From positions 372,001 through 436,000 of the forward strand of contig JAWMAR010000792.1 in NCBI GenBank assembly GCA_036785375.1: 64,000 nucleotides of DNA. The letters run 5' to 3'. This DNA is from Leucoraja ocellata (taxonomy: Eukaryota). Numbering within the stretch: position 1 is the first letter of the stretch; each line of letters begins with the position of its first letter. Made by a program: the position numbers and the translations under genes. Of the stretch, positions 50,631 through 62,566 are shown piece by piece. The notes below the pieces were generated by a model, which did not search any database, was not told the DNA's origin, and saw nothing but the letters and a program-made list of their open reading frames with translations.

Positions 50631-51149
50631 GTTTAGTTTAGAGATACAGCACAGAAACAGGCCCACCGACCAGTGATCCCCGCACACTAATGGTATCCTA
50701 TACACATTAGGGACAATTTACAATTGTACCAAGCCAATTAACCTGTAAACCTGTACGTTTTTGGAATGTGGAAGGAAACTGGAGATAACACACGCAGGTC
50801 ATGGTGAGAACGTACAAAATCCATACAGATAGCAACTGTAGTCGGGATCAAACCTGGGTCTCTGGCACTGTAAAGCAGCAACTCAGCCCCACAGCCATCA
50901 GGCTATTAAACTTCGATCGGACAAAACTCTGATTATTAATAACCCATTATCTGTTATTTGCACTTTATCAGTTTATTTATTCATGTGTGTATATATTTAT
51001 ATTATGGTATATGGACACACTGATCTGTTTTGTAGTAAATGCCTACTATGTTCTGTGTGCTGAAGCAAAGCAAGAATTTAATTGTCCCATCAGGGACACA
51101 TGACAATAAACTCACTTGAACTTGAACTCTACTGCTGCGCCACCGTGCC
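50631..51149 (-). mobile_element. tRNA-SINE split by a Rex1-like 3' fragment (50885-51124, +)
   Basis: The SINE head ggcacggtggcgcagcagtagagtt is continuous with gctgctttacagtgccagagacccagg once the insert and one copy of AACTC are removed. The insert ends in gacaataaactcacttgaacttg. Confidence 0.8.
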
Positions 51150-51216
51150 ACACAAAGATTGTCAAGATGTTCACGTACACTTCCAATAGCAAGCTTCAAT
51201 TGTGCAATTTTTTTAC

Positions 51217-51403
51217 CTGTTAAAGAATCTTGTATCAGTGCGTTTTGCTCCACTAGATGTGAAGACTGCAGAGAGGTGGACTGAGGTGGTGTCTGAGTAC
51301 TAGCAGTTATCAAACTTTGGTTGTAGACAGGAGAATACGAGCGTTCAGATTTCACTTCCTGCTGCTCAACACGTGGAGGCAGGGGTGCATTAACTTTGAA
51401 CAC
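51217..51403 (-). CDS. CAPRIN2: Caprin-2 exon
   Basis: cttgcag|GTG TTC AAA…TTA ACA G|gtaaaa, 187 nt, VFKVNAPLPPRVEQQEVKSERSYSPVYNQSLITASTQTPPQ…QDSLT. Contains the caprin VFxVNAPLPP and YNQS…STQTPPQ motifs. Confidence 0.95.
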
Positions 51404-52494
51404 CTGCAAGAGAACACATTAAGTTAACGACAATTCATCACAAATCATTTTCTTTAAAGTTGGACTTAAAACTCTGGACATTTTTAGCAGGATCCCCGAT
51501 GCTTTTAATCCTCAGAATTTCCTTCCCACCCTAAAATTCAAAATGAAATGGAATATTTGGATTCAGTTTGATTTCAGCTCGTCTGTTAAGAACAATTCAT
51601 GAGTTTTTATGCCTCGTTATAACCTTCCCCTCAGCCAACAATGAACCATTCTACATTTCCTCGAGCATAGTCTGCTTTGATATGTCATTTTCACACCTGA
51701 TCCCTCCATATCTCTAGTTTCCCTCTCCCACATTAGCAAACCACTTCAAACACTGGAAGCTTCTCCAAAACCTCGCTGATACAATAGTGATTGAAGCAGA
51801 CCTCTTCCCTATAATCCCTCTTCAAAATTGTCCACAACACAACAGTTGATGTACAATTTGTTAATTGCTCAGATTCAATCTCAGAAAAAGAACATTGGGA
51901 ATTAATTTAATACCCATTTCCAACATATTTAATATTGCAAACGTTAGCAATTAAGTTCAAATAAAATAACTGTCATGAAACAAAAAAAATCCACATCAGT
52001 AAATTGCCAAGACACCAGCTCTATTCTGGACAACACATCTTTAGATGTTTTGAATCAAGGATCCAGATAAAATTTAAACAGAAGTCTTGTTTACAATAAG
52101 AATAGAATGGTTTGAAACACAGGGGACCATTAAATAACTGTAGAAAGGATATCATTACTTTTGGTTACAGTGGTTGGAGGTTTACATTCATTAAAACAAC
52201 TTACATTTGCAGCATGAAAGATGCAATAAAGGCAAACAGCTACACTGGTAATGTAATAAGCTCCAAGTTAAAAGGTTTGCAGTACAATTCTAATAATCAA
52301 AGTGGTTTTCTTGTTAAAAACACCTGATCCAGACACAATGGAAAATATTAATTGCTCTTTAACAGTAGTCTGGATTGCTATTGTGGAAAATCTGCCAAAA
52401 TAATAATGCCTGGAAAAAGACATTAAGCGTCTCAAAACATGCTCCCTCTACTGCTGAGGCTGCAGAAGTGCATCCTGACCAAGCAAATGTCAAA

Positions 52495-52720
52495 GAGATA
52501 CAAAAAGCCAGAGTAACTCAGTGGGTCAGACTGCATCTTTGGAGAAAAGGAATAGGTGACGTTTCGGGTCAAGACCCTTCTTCAGACTCTCAATCTGAAA
52601 AAGGGTCTCAACCAGAAATGTAATCTATTCCTTTTCTCCAAAGATGCTGTCTGTCCCGCTGAGTTACTCCAGCTTTGTGTCTCTTTGGTTCTTACCAGCA
52701 TCTGCAGTTCCTTCCTACAC
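52495..52720. mobile_element. Penelope-derived palindromic element with an intact hammerhead-like core on the minus strand
   Basis: Inverted arms around cagactctcaatctg. Minus strand 52585-52558 reads CTGAAGA-A-GGGTC-TT-GACCC-GAAA-C-GTC. Confidence 0.75.
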
Positions 52721-53221
52721 CAACCTCTATTCATCTTTTTAAATTACCTGGACTTCCAATTCACATTCAAATCTAGCCCATTTTTTCATTAAAGCAAATG
52801 TATCAACTCAAACCAGTGCTTTTATTCATCCTTGTTCCATTTTTGGATGTTCACCAATTTCCTTTAAAGATTCACGCCAAATATAATCAACAATCCTACA
52901 TTCCACTCAGCATCCCCTGTGAAATTGCACAATAACAAACTCAATCCTTCAGATAAAATCCATGGCAAAACTGGGCCTAATTTACCTTTATAAAAAAAAT
53001 TTTTAAAAAGTAACTTGCAAAATGACTATAGCTTTCCTTTTAAACGAGCATATGTTATGGTGTAATTTCTCTTCCTGTACTGGCAAGCTAGTAGAGAGTG
53101 CCAATGCCAACTCAACCAAGTATTTTGCTTTACGTGGTGAGCCTAAATCAATGCCCTTCTTCTAATTCCTCCCTCTAGGAAGTATGTAAATATGGAGATG
53201 CCAGCCACCAGACATAAATGG

Positions 53222-53520
53222 CCTAGGGCAGCACAGTGGAAAAGTTGCTGCCTTACAGCGCCAGACTCTGGTTCAATTCTGACGACGGGTGTTGTCTGTA
53301 CAGAGTTTGCACGTTCTCCCTGCGACCGCGGTGGGCTTTCTCCAGGTGCTCCAGTTTCCTCCCACATTCCAAAGAAGTGCAGGTTTGTAGATTAAATTAG
53401 TTTTGGTAAAATTGTAAATTGTCCCTGGTGTATAGGATAGTGTAAGGGTACGGGAATTGCTGGTCAATATGGACTTGGTGGGCCGAAGGCCTATTTCCGT
53501 GCTGTATCTCCAAAGTCTAA
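53222..53520 (+). mobile_element. tRNA-derived SINE (HE1/V-SINE-like)
   Basis: tRNA-like head with B box GGTTCAATTC at ~53270, body ctccagtttcctcccacattccaaag, tail gggccgaaggcctatttccgtgctgtatctccaaagtctaa. Confidence 0.85.
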
Positions 53521-53591
53521 TGGTAAAAATATATAGATAGGCAACAAGAGGTCAACCACGTCAAAGATTAAATCAGTCTCACGTCACTTAC

Positions 53592-53726
53592 AGTGTGCAT
53601 AGACTGAAAAGGTGTAGTCTTTGTACTAATTGGAGAAGTGCTCACTGGTGTCTGAAGCACCGGTCCTTGGGATGCTGGTGTTATTGCTGTGCTTGAGGCA
53701 GTCTGGTCATTGGCCAAAGAGGTCAT
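53592..53726 (-). CDS. CAPRIN2: Caprin-2 exon
   Basis: ttccaccag|ATG ACC…CAC ACT|gtaagt, 135 nt, MTSLANDQTASSTAITPASQGPVLQTPVSTSPISTKTTPFQSMHT, joining VFKVNAP (caprin PFQxMxT-VF motif). Confidence 0.92.
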
Positions 53727-54460
53727 CTGGTGGAATTGATAAGACAAGGAATAGTGAATCCAATAGACAGCAGTAAATTAGTTTCCAATCCAGATAATCA
53801 AAGCAATTAACTGTCAACATGCAGGAAGTTAGTCCATACCGACCATAAACATACAACCAGCAAATGTAAAGCCTGGCTGGTTTTTAAAGCAGATTGCAAT
53901 AAGTCTGATATTTGCAATAAGCAGATTGAAATAGAAAGTTGAAGTGGCAATATTTATTAATTGCACAATCAATACACAAAACATGATCAGATTGTAGTCA
54001 AAATAATCCCTTTAATTCCACGCACTGCAATAAAAACAATGCTAGAACTCAGCCAGCGAAACACCATCCATGGAAAAATAAATTAGTTCATGTTTTGAGA
54101 TGGCCACCCTTGCTCAACGGGGCTACAATGAAAGATCACCGACTGAAATATTGGTTTCCTTCCATGGATGGAGTTTGTCTGCTGATTTCTTCCAACAATT
54201 TTCTCACTGTACAAGTTAAGCATATTATCTCCTGAATAAACATCATTGTGCAGTTTTCCATTAATATCAATATTGATCATGATTAAAATAGATTTTCCCT
54301 ATGATTATTTTAGAACTACACATTTACTCGAATATTTTGCATTATGAACAATTAAGTAAATGAGGTTTGACAGATTTAACGATACAGTTGTACAAATGTA
54401 GTACTGTATAAATAAATTCAACAATTCCAAATTTCAGATGGAAAAAAACAAAAATCTCAC

Positions 54461-54574
54461 CTGATTTGATTCCAGTGACAAGTGTGTTAAAGATTCAGTA
54501 ATGGGTGTACTGGTTTGATATACTTGGGGTGGAGTGGTGAACACTTCATTTTCTGAATTCTGTGCACTTGAAAC
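54461..54574 (-). CDS. CAPRIN2: Caprin-2 exon
   Basis: tttttgccag|GTT TCA…AAT CAG|gtgaga, 114 nt, phase 0/0, VSSAQNSENEVFTTPPQVYQTSTPITESLTHLSLESNQ. Confidence 0.85.
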
Positions 54575-55134
54575 CTGGCAAAAAAAGTAGTTCATACACA
54601 TTGACCACTTAAGATATCTTAAGTGTACTTGTTTAGTGACTTCATCCACCCTTGGGGCTATGTACCTCCATGAAGTTCACATCTTAAAACAGACAGTTGA
54701 GAACATGAAGTGACTAAAGTGTTATTTTTTCCCCACAAGAGCCAACTGGACAAATGTATAAACTCAAATGTATAAACTACAATGAAAATAAGTACAAGTG
54801 AGGAACTTCAATCCAATTAACAAACACAGGGGACCAAAGGTCAAGATTGAAGCAATGGTGCAGAGCTCGGCAGATAACTAGGGTGAGGAAAGAGGGTACA
54901 TATCAGAAGCACATGGCATTTTGGGATTTTTGATTTAGGATGATTTAAACCCGAAGCCTGCTGATGTATCAGCTCTTGCGTTCTAAACAACATAGCAAGT
55001 AGGATCACATGCTACATTATATTCAAGCAAAGGGCAACTAGCGTTTTCAGAACTTTAGATCAGTTTGCTAATGACTGAAAGCAAACGATTACCAAGTTTG
55101 TTGGGCAGAATCTATTTTATCAGATTAGAAATTG

Positions 55135-55490
55135 TCATGTGGGTGTATGGAATGAGCTATCAGAGGAACTAGTTGAGGCAGGTACAATTACAAGTTTTAG
55201 ACTTACATGGATAGAATAGGTTTAGAGGAATAGGGTCCAAATGCAGGTAAGTGGGTCTAGCTTAGCTATCTTGGTCAGCTTGGGCAAGATGGACCAAAGT
55301 GCCCATTTCCATGCTGTATAACTATTCCCATCATCACCTTCACCAAAGCCACATTTTAAACATGCAATCAAGGGATATGGGGGGAAAAAGCCGGAACAGG
55401 GTCCTGGTGTTGGATGATCAGCCATGATCATATTGAATGGTGGTGCTGGCTCAAAGGGCCTACTCCTGCACCTATTTTCTATGTTTCTAT
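55135..55490 (+). mobile_element. Two tandem CR1 3' end fragments
   Basis: gggtgtatggaatgagct…ccatgctgtataact, then caagggatatggggggaaaaag…ggcctactcctgcacctattttctatgtttctat. Confidence 0.7.
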
Positions 55491-55637
55491 TTCCATCACC
55501 TGCGATCCCACATTTGTCATTTAATCTCCTCTACCCACCATCCCACAGACATACTTCCTTTCTAGGTGTACTTAAATAGATGCTGTTCAAACCAAGCATT
55601 GAATATATTCCATGTTTAATTATCAAAATTAGCTTAC

Positions 55638-55727
55638 CTGGGGAGATGCAAAATCAGATAATGAAGACTGGTCATCAGAACCAGAACTACCTCCAGTATT
55701 GGCAAGGACACTTATTTCTGTTGCAGG
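55638..55727 (-). CDS. CAPRIN2: Caprin-2 exon
   Basis: cctttctcag|CCT GCA…CCC CAG|gtaagc, 90 nt, phase 0/0, PATEISVLANTGGSSGSDDQSSLSDFASPQ. Supported mainly by splice signals and phase. Confidence 0.78.
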
Positions 55728-55871
55728 CTGAGAAAGGAACAGATTTTTACTCCATGGTCTTTTGCACTTGCAGGGCTACAGTGACAAGTCAGAAGCAAAG
55801 AAATTGCAGAAATAGCAAAAGCCCAACATCTTTCACAGGCTAGGCAAAATCTCAGGTCAGGTGTACATTAA

Positions 55872-56360
55872 AGGGGATGTCCCACTTGGGCGACCTAATT
55901 GGCGACTTTAGCAGAGTTTGAAAAAAGTGTAATGTTGAAGACCACCTTCGACTATTTTGAATACTAGCTTCGACTAGCTAGGACTAACTTCGGGAAATTG
56001 GACACCGGATAGTGGAGAGTGAAGACGACCTCCTTCGATCTCCCTTCGACTATGATGAAGACTATCTACAACTACCTTAGACTACCCTTGATTAACATGC
56101 CGACCTACTACGACTGAACCCAAGAGTAAAAAAAGTATAGATGGTTTCCATGGCGACCTTTTTTACACGCGGGCATTTTTCAACATGTTGAAAAACATGC
56201 CGCGACCTAGCTGAGGCCTCGAGTACACGGGGACTACTCTCGAGCATGAAGGAGAGTTACAAAGACCTCCTATCACCTCGTGTCGACCATGCTGCGAATA
56301 CGAGTTTGGGGCAAACGTGCCAGAACTCGCGGATTAGGTCGCCCAAGTGGGACAGCCCCT
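55872..56360. mobile_element. PIF/Harbinger-like MITE
   Basis: TAA|AGGGGATGTCCCACTTGGGCGACCTAAT … ATTAGGTCGCCCAAGTGGGACAGCCCCT|TAA. Confidence 0.85.
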
Positions 56361-56530
56361 TAACTACCAGTGGAATCATTTGTTGGTCTTTAAATTGCAA
56401 GTCAAATCTACATGTACATTTGCCACATGTACAATGTGATGTACAGCATGTTAAATGCCAACCCCCCCCACACACGTCACTGTAGCCTACAGTTCCAGCA
56501 ACTTTAGTTTAAGGATAGAAGCAGTCTTAC

Positions 56531-56580
56531 CTTGGATGGTGATGGAACAATTTCTGTCTTTTGTTTTGGTTCTTTTAGAG
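56531..56580 (-). CDS. CAPRIN2: Caprin-2 short exon
   Basis: ttttcttggtttag|CT CTA AAA…TCC AAG|gtaaga, 50 nt, phase 1 to 0, (A)LKEPKQKTEIVPSPSK. Needed to restore the phase between its neighbours. Confidence 0.8.
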
Positions 56581-58481
56581 CTAAACCAAGAAAAGAAAAT
56601 GTTAAAACTGGCAGAACAGATAACTTAAACAATTCACTAGATATTGTTACTCATGAAGCAAGAGACCTTGTCCTGCCAAACATTAACCCTTCACCCACTG
56701 AATAGTAATTGGTTCATTACCTCTTTTCCACCTATTGCTACAAGCAAGCTGGCCAACATTTACCGTGTTCAAGAGTATTCTTCAAACATTGGACAAAAGG
56801 CACAATACACAAGTGCCACATTTCTCCTCTACAATAATGCATTTGCATGCTGGATAACACATGCTGGACATGACAATATAGTCTGACAACATTTGTGGAC
56901 ATAGCAATGAAAACAATCGTTCACTCCCTTCGACTGATATTTGGGAACTTTTAAAATATGCTGCACAAAATGCAATCAATACTCAACACCACAAGCTTAG
57001 GAAAATTTGGCCTCGTCTGCATGTATCCAAGTTCACCACATTGCACCAGTATCATTGAGACAGACTAGTCTATTGAACTTCAACAATCAATTTAAAATAG
57101 TATCAGAATCCAATATACAAACGTTTACTTAACTCATTTACTAATGATCAGGCGAGTCATTTAGCCCAAGCATTTGATTAATTTTATACCAACAGATAAT
57201 GCAATTCTAAAGGTTAAATATACAACTATACCAAAATTGCTTCACACCAGCACAAGAACCATACATCAATCAATTTGAGTACTACACTTGAATGCCCAGC
57301 TACAAGGATTTTTTTTAATTTTTTTAATTTTTTTTTAAAGTGTTGAAATAAAAGTAGAATTAAGGAACTGCAGGTGCTGGCTTACCAAGGAAAGACAAAA
57401 TGCAGGGACGACTCAGTGTCAGGCAGCATCGCCAGAGTTTATGGATAGGTGACATTTTGGATCAGGACACTTCTTTGTTCTGAAGGGTCCAGACCCAAAA
57501 CATCACCTATCCATGTTAAAAATAACACGATAGTTGAGAATTACAGGGTATTGAGGAGAGGGGATAGCAATGCATCAAGTTAAAAAAAGGGGAAGTATGA
57601 CAGGCAGGAAAAGCAAAGTCAATCAAACAATGCAATCCAAGGAGGCTTCAAAAAGCAATCGGGTGCAAAAAGATGCATTAAGGCTACAGGAGATCAGACC
57701 AGTGCAAGAGACAAAAAGTCACTAAATGTTAAAGGGAATGGAGAGTTCACTGGAGAGGTTGGTCATGCAGCTGTTTGAAACAAAACAAAAATGCTGGTGA
57801 ATTGTGTGAGAAAAATTCAAAGGGAAAAAAACAAGATAAGCATGGAATTTATATAGGCCATTATGGATTTTGAACCCAAAGCTTGCCTTGTATATTTAAA
57901 GGCCAATACTTCAAAATATCAGCTCTTTCTGCAAGAGACAAAATATTACATTCTGGCTACCAGATATTCAAGAAATAATCAGTGTTTGACAGCTCGATAA
58001 ATTTATGTGGAAAGTCAATAGGTCATCATACAAAATGCTCTATTTCACACTCCAATGTACCTTCCAACAGAAGTGCGGAAGTCATTTTTTTTTGCTCGTT
58101 TCCAACTAAATAGTTTTCCCCAAATATAATGGGGGAGAAAAATGCAATCTAATCAAGGTCAAGATGGCAGCAAATCAACTAGACGCCATAATTGGTATTG
58201 CAATAGGATTACTACTGTAGTTGTCACATGCAATATACTGGTGCTGTTACTCTACTCCCAACATTAAATCTGCTGGATAGCTAGCACTAGAAATTATCAC
58301 CTCAAAACTTTACCAAAACTACAACAACTGTACGAGTAACAAGATCAGTTTAATTGTGTATTCGATTAGAATGGGCACCTGTTGGTTATCTACCAGTACA
58401 TTTTAACATGCACTGCAAGTTAATATTGCATAACTATGCTGCATCAGAGTCTTGGCAGGGAGAGGATAACAAGTGTCCTAC

Positions 58482-58563
58482 CTGCAGTGTTAAGTGATAA
58501 CTGGGAACGCTTCTGTGTTCCAATAGCACTTTGTGAGGGGGCATCAGACTCCAATAATGAATC
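58482..58563 (-). CDS. CAPRIN2: Caprin-2 exon
   Basis: actctag|GAT TCA TTA TTG…ACT GCA G|gtagga, 82 nt, DSLLESDAPSQSAIGTQKRSQLSLNTA. Continues the caprin FIQ-DSLL motif. Confidence 0.88.
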
Positions 58564-59887
58564 CTAGAGTTTAAAAATTGGATCAAATTTCAGTTCAGCA
58601 GAACAAGGTTGAGAACTTATTTAACTTCTAACAACTGAAGTCCACGCACAAATGACACCTTCTGGTAGTACAGACAGGTTTATAACCTGTTTCGGTCACT
58701 TGGCTTTAAAAGTGAAGTCATGCAAAAACACTTCAAAGTACAACCAGTAATTCAAGCAAGTTGTTTAAATGACCAGCTGCAAAGACTATTTTGATCTCAG
58801 AACAGTGTACACATTGATAGATGGTTTAAAATAAAACAAGGAGTGATCACATGTGGCAAAGAATGCTCTACTGCAGTCAAGGAAATAAAGGTAGACCAAA
58901 ATGAATTCATTTCATTTTATTTATTTGTTTATTTATTTATTTATGTTTTTAAAAAAAGAAAGAATAATCTTTTTATTTATTTATTAGAAGTAATGTACAT
59001 TACAGCGATAGAAGCCAAAAATAACCCAATACATTTCCTGTACCACTTCTTATTTTAAACCTTAGAAAGAAGGAAAGTAGAGAAATTTAGATAGGATAGC
59101 AAGTGCGTGAGAAAGTGATCAAGGGAGACCCGTAGAAACATAAAACCTGAAGAGGAGATAAAAAGAAAATCTGAATTTTGAATGATTGAATTTAGACACT
59201 GAAAAATACATAGCAAGGCTGTGTTCAAGCATGGACACAGGAGGATTAAAGAGGCATGATTTGGCCAACTAGACTCCAATTAGTCTAGTCTCATCTTCCA
59301 GCAACACTGAACTTTTTCTACAGTTATTTGCATTCATTACCATTGGATCAACTTTCCTTGCACGAGTACATTACTGTTGAAAAGTGTTGACAATGTGTGA
59401 ACAAAACGGGAAAGCAGAATCAATGCTAAAGATCGGCCAGGGTTATTGAATGGCACATCGTCCAATTGCCATTGGGCCTGCACCTGCTTCGATGCACGTT
59501 TTAACATCCTGGATAACAAAACCAAAACTATGTTTTCAATCTGTAGGACTGCTGAGGATTTATACATATAGCCCCAGACCTCTATTCGTGGATCTCATTC
59601 AAGAATAGCTTGCTAGGAAGAGTGTTCATGCCATCCACCTAATCCCATTACTAGCTTTCTGCCACCTTCCCTAGAATGCAAGATATTTTTAATTTGGACT
59701 AGCAAAGTTTTGAAATACCTCATCATAAAAATCTGAGTACTTGTCCCAAACTTCATCCACAGGGATATTCATGCCTTTCCTTCCATCCTGTGCAACGTAC
59801 ACATTTGCAAAGTGTACAGCAGCACCTAAGCTTTGGATTTTTTAACCTGGAAACTACCACCTATAAAAGGACAGCAAGCACACACAC

Positions 59888-60152
59888 GAGGCACAGTTCG
59901 TAGTGCTGCCTCGGTGCCAGAGACCTGGTTTGATCTCGTTCTTGGGTGCAGTCTGTGTGGAATTTGCATGTTCTCTCTGTAACCATTTGGATTTCTTCCA
60001 GTTTCCTCCCACATCCCAAAAGATGTGCAGGGTTTGTAGGTTAATTGTAGGCCTCTAAAATTGCCCCAAGTGTCGGAAGTGGACGAGGAATCGGGACAAC
60101 AGAACTAGTGTGAACAGGTGATCAATGGGCCAACTTCCATGCTGTATGTCTG
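59888..60152 (+). mobile_element. tRNA-derived SINE (degenerate)
   Basis: gctgcctcggtgccagagacctggtttgatc…gtttcctcccacatcccaaaagatgtgcagggtttgtaggttaatt…ccatgctgtatgtct. Confidence 0.75.
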
Positions 60153-61111
60153 AAAACAAAGTCCCTCTAAAAAAAGTACGCCTTTGATAATTGTCTGAAG
60201 GGTCTCAACCCAAAACATCACCCATTCCTTCTCTCCAGAGATGCTGCCTGTCCCGCTGAATTACTCCCGCTTTTCATGTCTATCTTTGATAATTCAAGCT
60301 CATTGCTCATGCAATACCTTTACCCATGTTGCCCAATTGCCTTCTTTGAAAATAAAGGCAATCTCATTGATTTGATTCAACTTTACTGTCATTGTGCAGA
60401 ATACAAGTACAGAGGCAACAAAATGCTTTTTCGGCATACAAATAAAACACAGAACACGATAGTCTAGAACATAAACATCCCCACAGTGGTATCAAAGCGA
60501 GTGAAATTGCAAGCAATATTTGTAGCCAATTTCAAAACATCCAGGATGAAGCCTATAACATAAGCTCTAGCCAACCGAAGACTGAAGGCCAAGAGATGTC
60601 AATTCAGTGGCTCAGACGCCCAGACTCGGGTCCACTGCCTGGATCACTGGCAATAGTCCACTGGCTGATACAAAGAGAGAGATCCAAGATGCAGCAGAGG
60701 GCATTGCAGGATTGAGGAAGGCATCAGCAACCAGTTTTCTCCATATTTCATTAGAGCCTGGTGTTGCTCACAGCCATAGGATCAGTAGCTGCTGGCCAAT
60801 TATTCTATGAGATACCTGTATACAGCAGCGCCCATTGTTGGGTAACGTTCTGTAACACTACCTGCAAAGTTGGAGGATCCCTCCTGAAGTCTACAGCAGT
60901 TAAGGAAAGCAAGTTTGCCAGAAAAGATCAAAGCTATGTGACACTACCACTGTTCTTGTAATTCCATAACCTTTATCTCCTTCCCCCACCCCCCCCCCCC
61001 CCCTCCCAGCCATTGTATTGGTCCCATGACTATCCATACACTCAAAAAGGATACTTCAGAATGAAATTAATCTCACAGATACCGACTCGAATCCAGAAAG
61101 GTCCCACCTAC

Positions 61112-61243
61112 CTGAATGAAGTGACATGTGCCTTGCATTTGGGACATCAGGTCTTGAAGTTTCTGCCTCCTGAGTTCTGGGTCGTTCGGTAGGGTGGATG
61201 TCGAGCAGAACTCTACAGCTACCTGCTGCACTACTTTGGACAC
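61112..61243 (-). CDS. CAPRIN2: Caprin-2 exon (start of the Caprin-1_C-like region)
   Basis: actccccag|GTG TCC…ATT CAG|gtaggt, 132 nt, VSKVVQQVAVEFCSTSTLPNDPELRRQKLQDLMSQMQGTCHFIQ, the caprin DP-x-LR…QDLM-x-QMQG motif. Confidence 0.94.
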
Positions 61244-62139
61244 CTGGGGAGTCAAATGGTCACTCAAGATCAGTTTTCGCACAAGATATTTGCTGCGTAA
61301 ATACACAGGGTCAGTATTCTGGAATAATTCGAATGCTGCACAAGTTACAATGGTACTCCAGCATTATCAGGCAAAGTAAATTATTGTAACTAGTGTATTT
61401 TGATACCAAGAACTTAGTCTGAAGGCACAATTTCTACACTGGCAGAGACCCATGTCGTGCATTGCAAATATGGCAATAGGCGCCCATCCCTTCAATTTTA
61501 CACTTAATAGAACTAGACTCCAACCATGTCTTTGGCTCAATTACACATATAAAAGGACGCTTGAACCCCTTATGCCTGCTTCACCATTCGATAAGATCAT
61601 AGCTGATCTTTTACCTCACTCCCACTTACTTGCACTGTCTGTGTCCCTAGATTCCCCAGAGACATGTTGAGATATACCTGGCTGTATTTTACCACCAACA
61701 TCTGATCAGTGATTCGGTCATTTCAAAAGGTGCAACCACATTGAATTGTGTATCCTCCATGTATAGGATTTTAATGATCACTTGAGTATTACTAAACTAA
61801 AATCAAATCCAACACCACCACACGTGTAGAAAGGAACGGCTAATTTATACCTATCTTTTAGTGGAATGTGAAGCAGTTCTGTTTGGGCCTTCTACCCACA
61901 ACAGCGTGCCTGTTGTAGAGACTGGCATCTTGCAGCAGACACCCCAAAGCACCTCCATCATCTCAATCAGAATCATGAGCATGATGGGATATTCTGCCTG
62001 CCTGAACAAGTCAGCATGTGAAACACCACAGGAAGTTCAACATCCCAGACAAGACAATCCATTTTGACCAGAAGACCATTTGCCACGTGAAACCTTTAGT
62101 CCCTTCACCCAAAACAGTGGCAGCAGTGTGTGCCACCTA

Positions 62140-62566
62140 CAGTGCCCTCCATAATGTTTGGGACCCATCATTTCTTTATTTGCCTCTGTTCCACAATTTG
62201 AGATTTATAATAGAGAAAAAATATCACTTGTGGTTAAAGTGCACATTGTCATGTTTCATTAAAGGCAATTTTTATACATTTGTTTTACCTTGTAGAAATT
62301 ACAGCTGTGTTTATACATAGTCCCCCCCCCCCCCCCCCCCCCCCCGAAAGTCAAATAAGCCATTATGAGACTGAGAAACAAGAGTAAGGGGGGGGGGGCT
62401 GTAATTTCTACATGGTGAATCCAAAATGTATAAAAATGGCCTTCATTAAAATCTGACAATGTGCACTTTAACATGTGATTTTTTGTAATACAAATCTCAA
62501 ATTGTCGAGTAAAGAGGCAAATAAATAAACGATGGGTCTTTGTCCCAAACATTATGGAGGGCACTG
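62140..62566. mobile_element. Tc1/mariner-type non-autonomous element with ~170-bp TIRs
   Basis: TA|CAGTGCCCTCCATAATGTTTGGGAC … GTCCCAAACATTATGGAGGGCACTG|AA. The long inverted arms include ttaaagtgcacattgtca / tgacaatgtgcactttaa. Confidence 0.85.

Noticed and set aside
53222-53300. tRNA-like sequence (also at 51125-51150 and 13060-13111)
   Set aside because: These are SINE heads followed by SINE body and tail. No intact cloverleaf.
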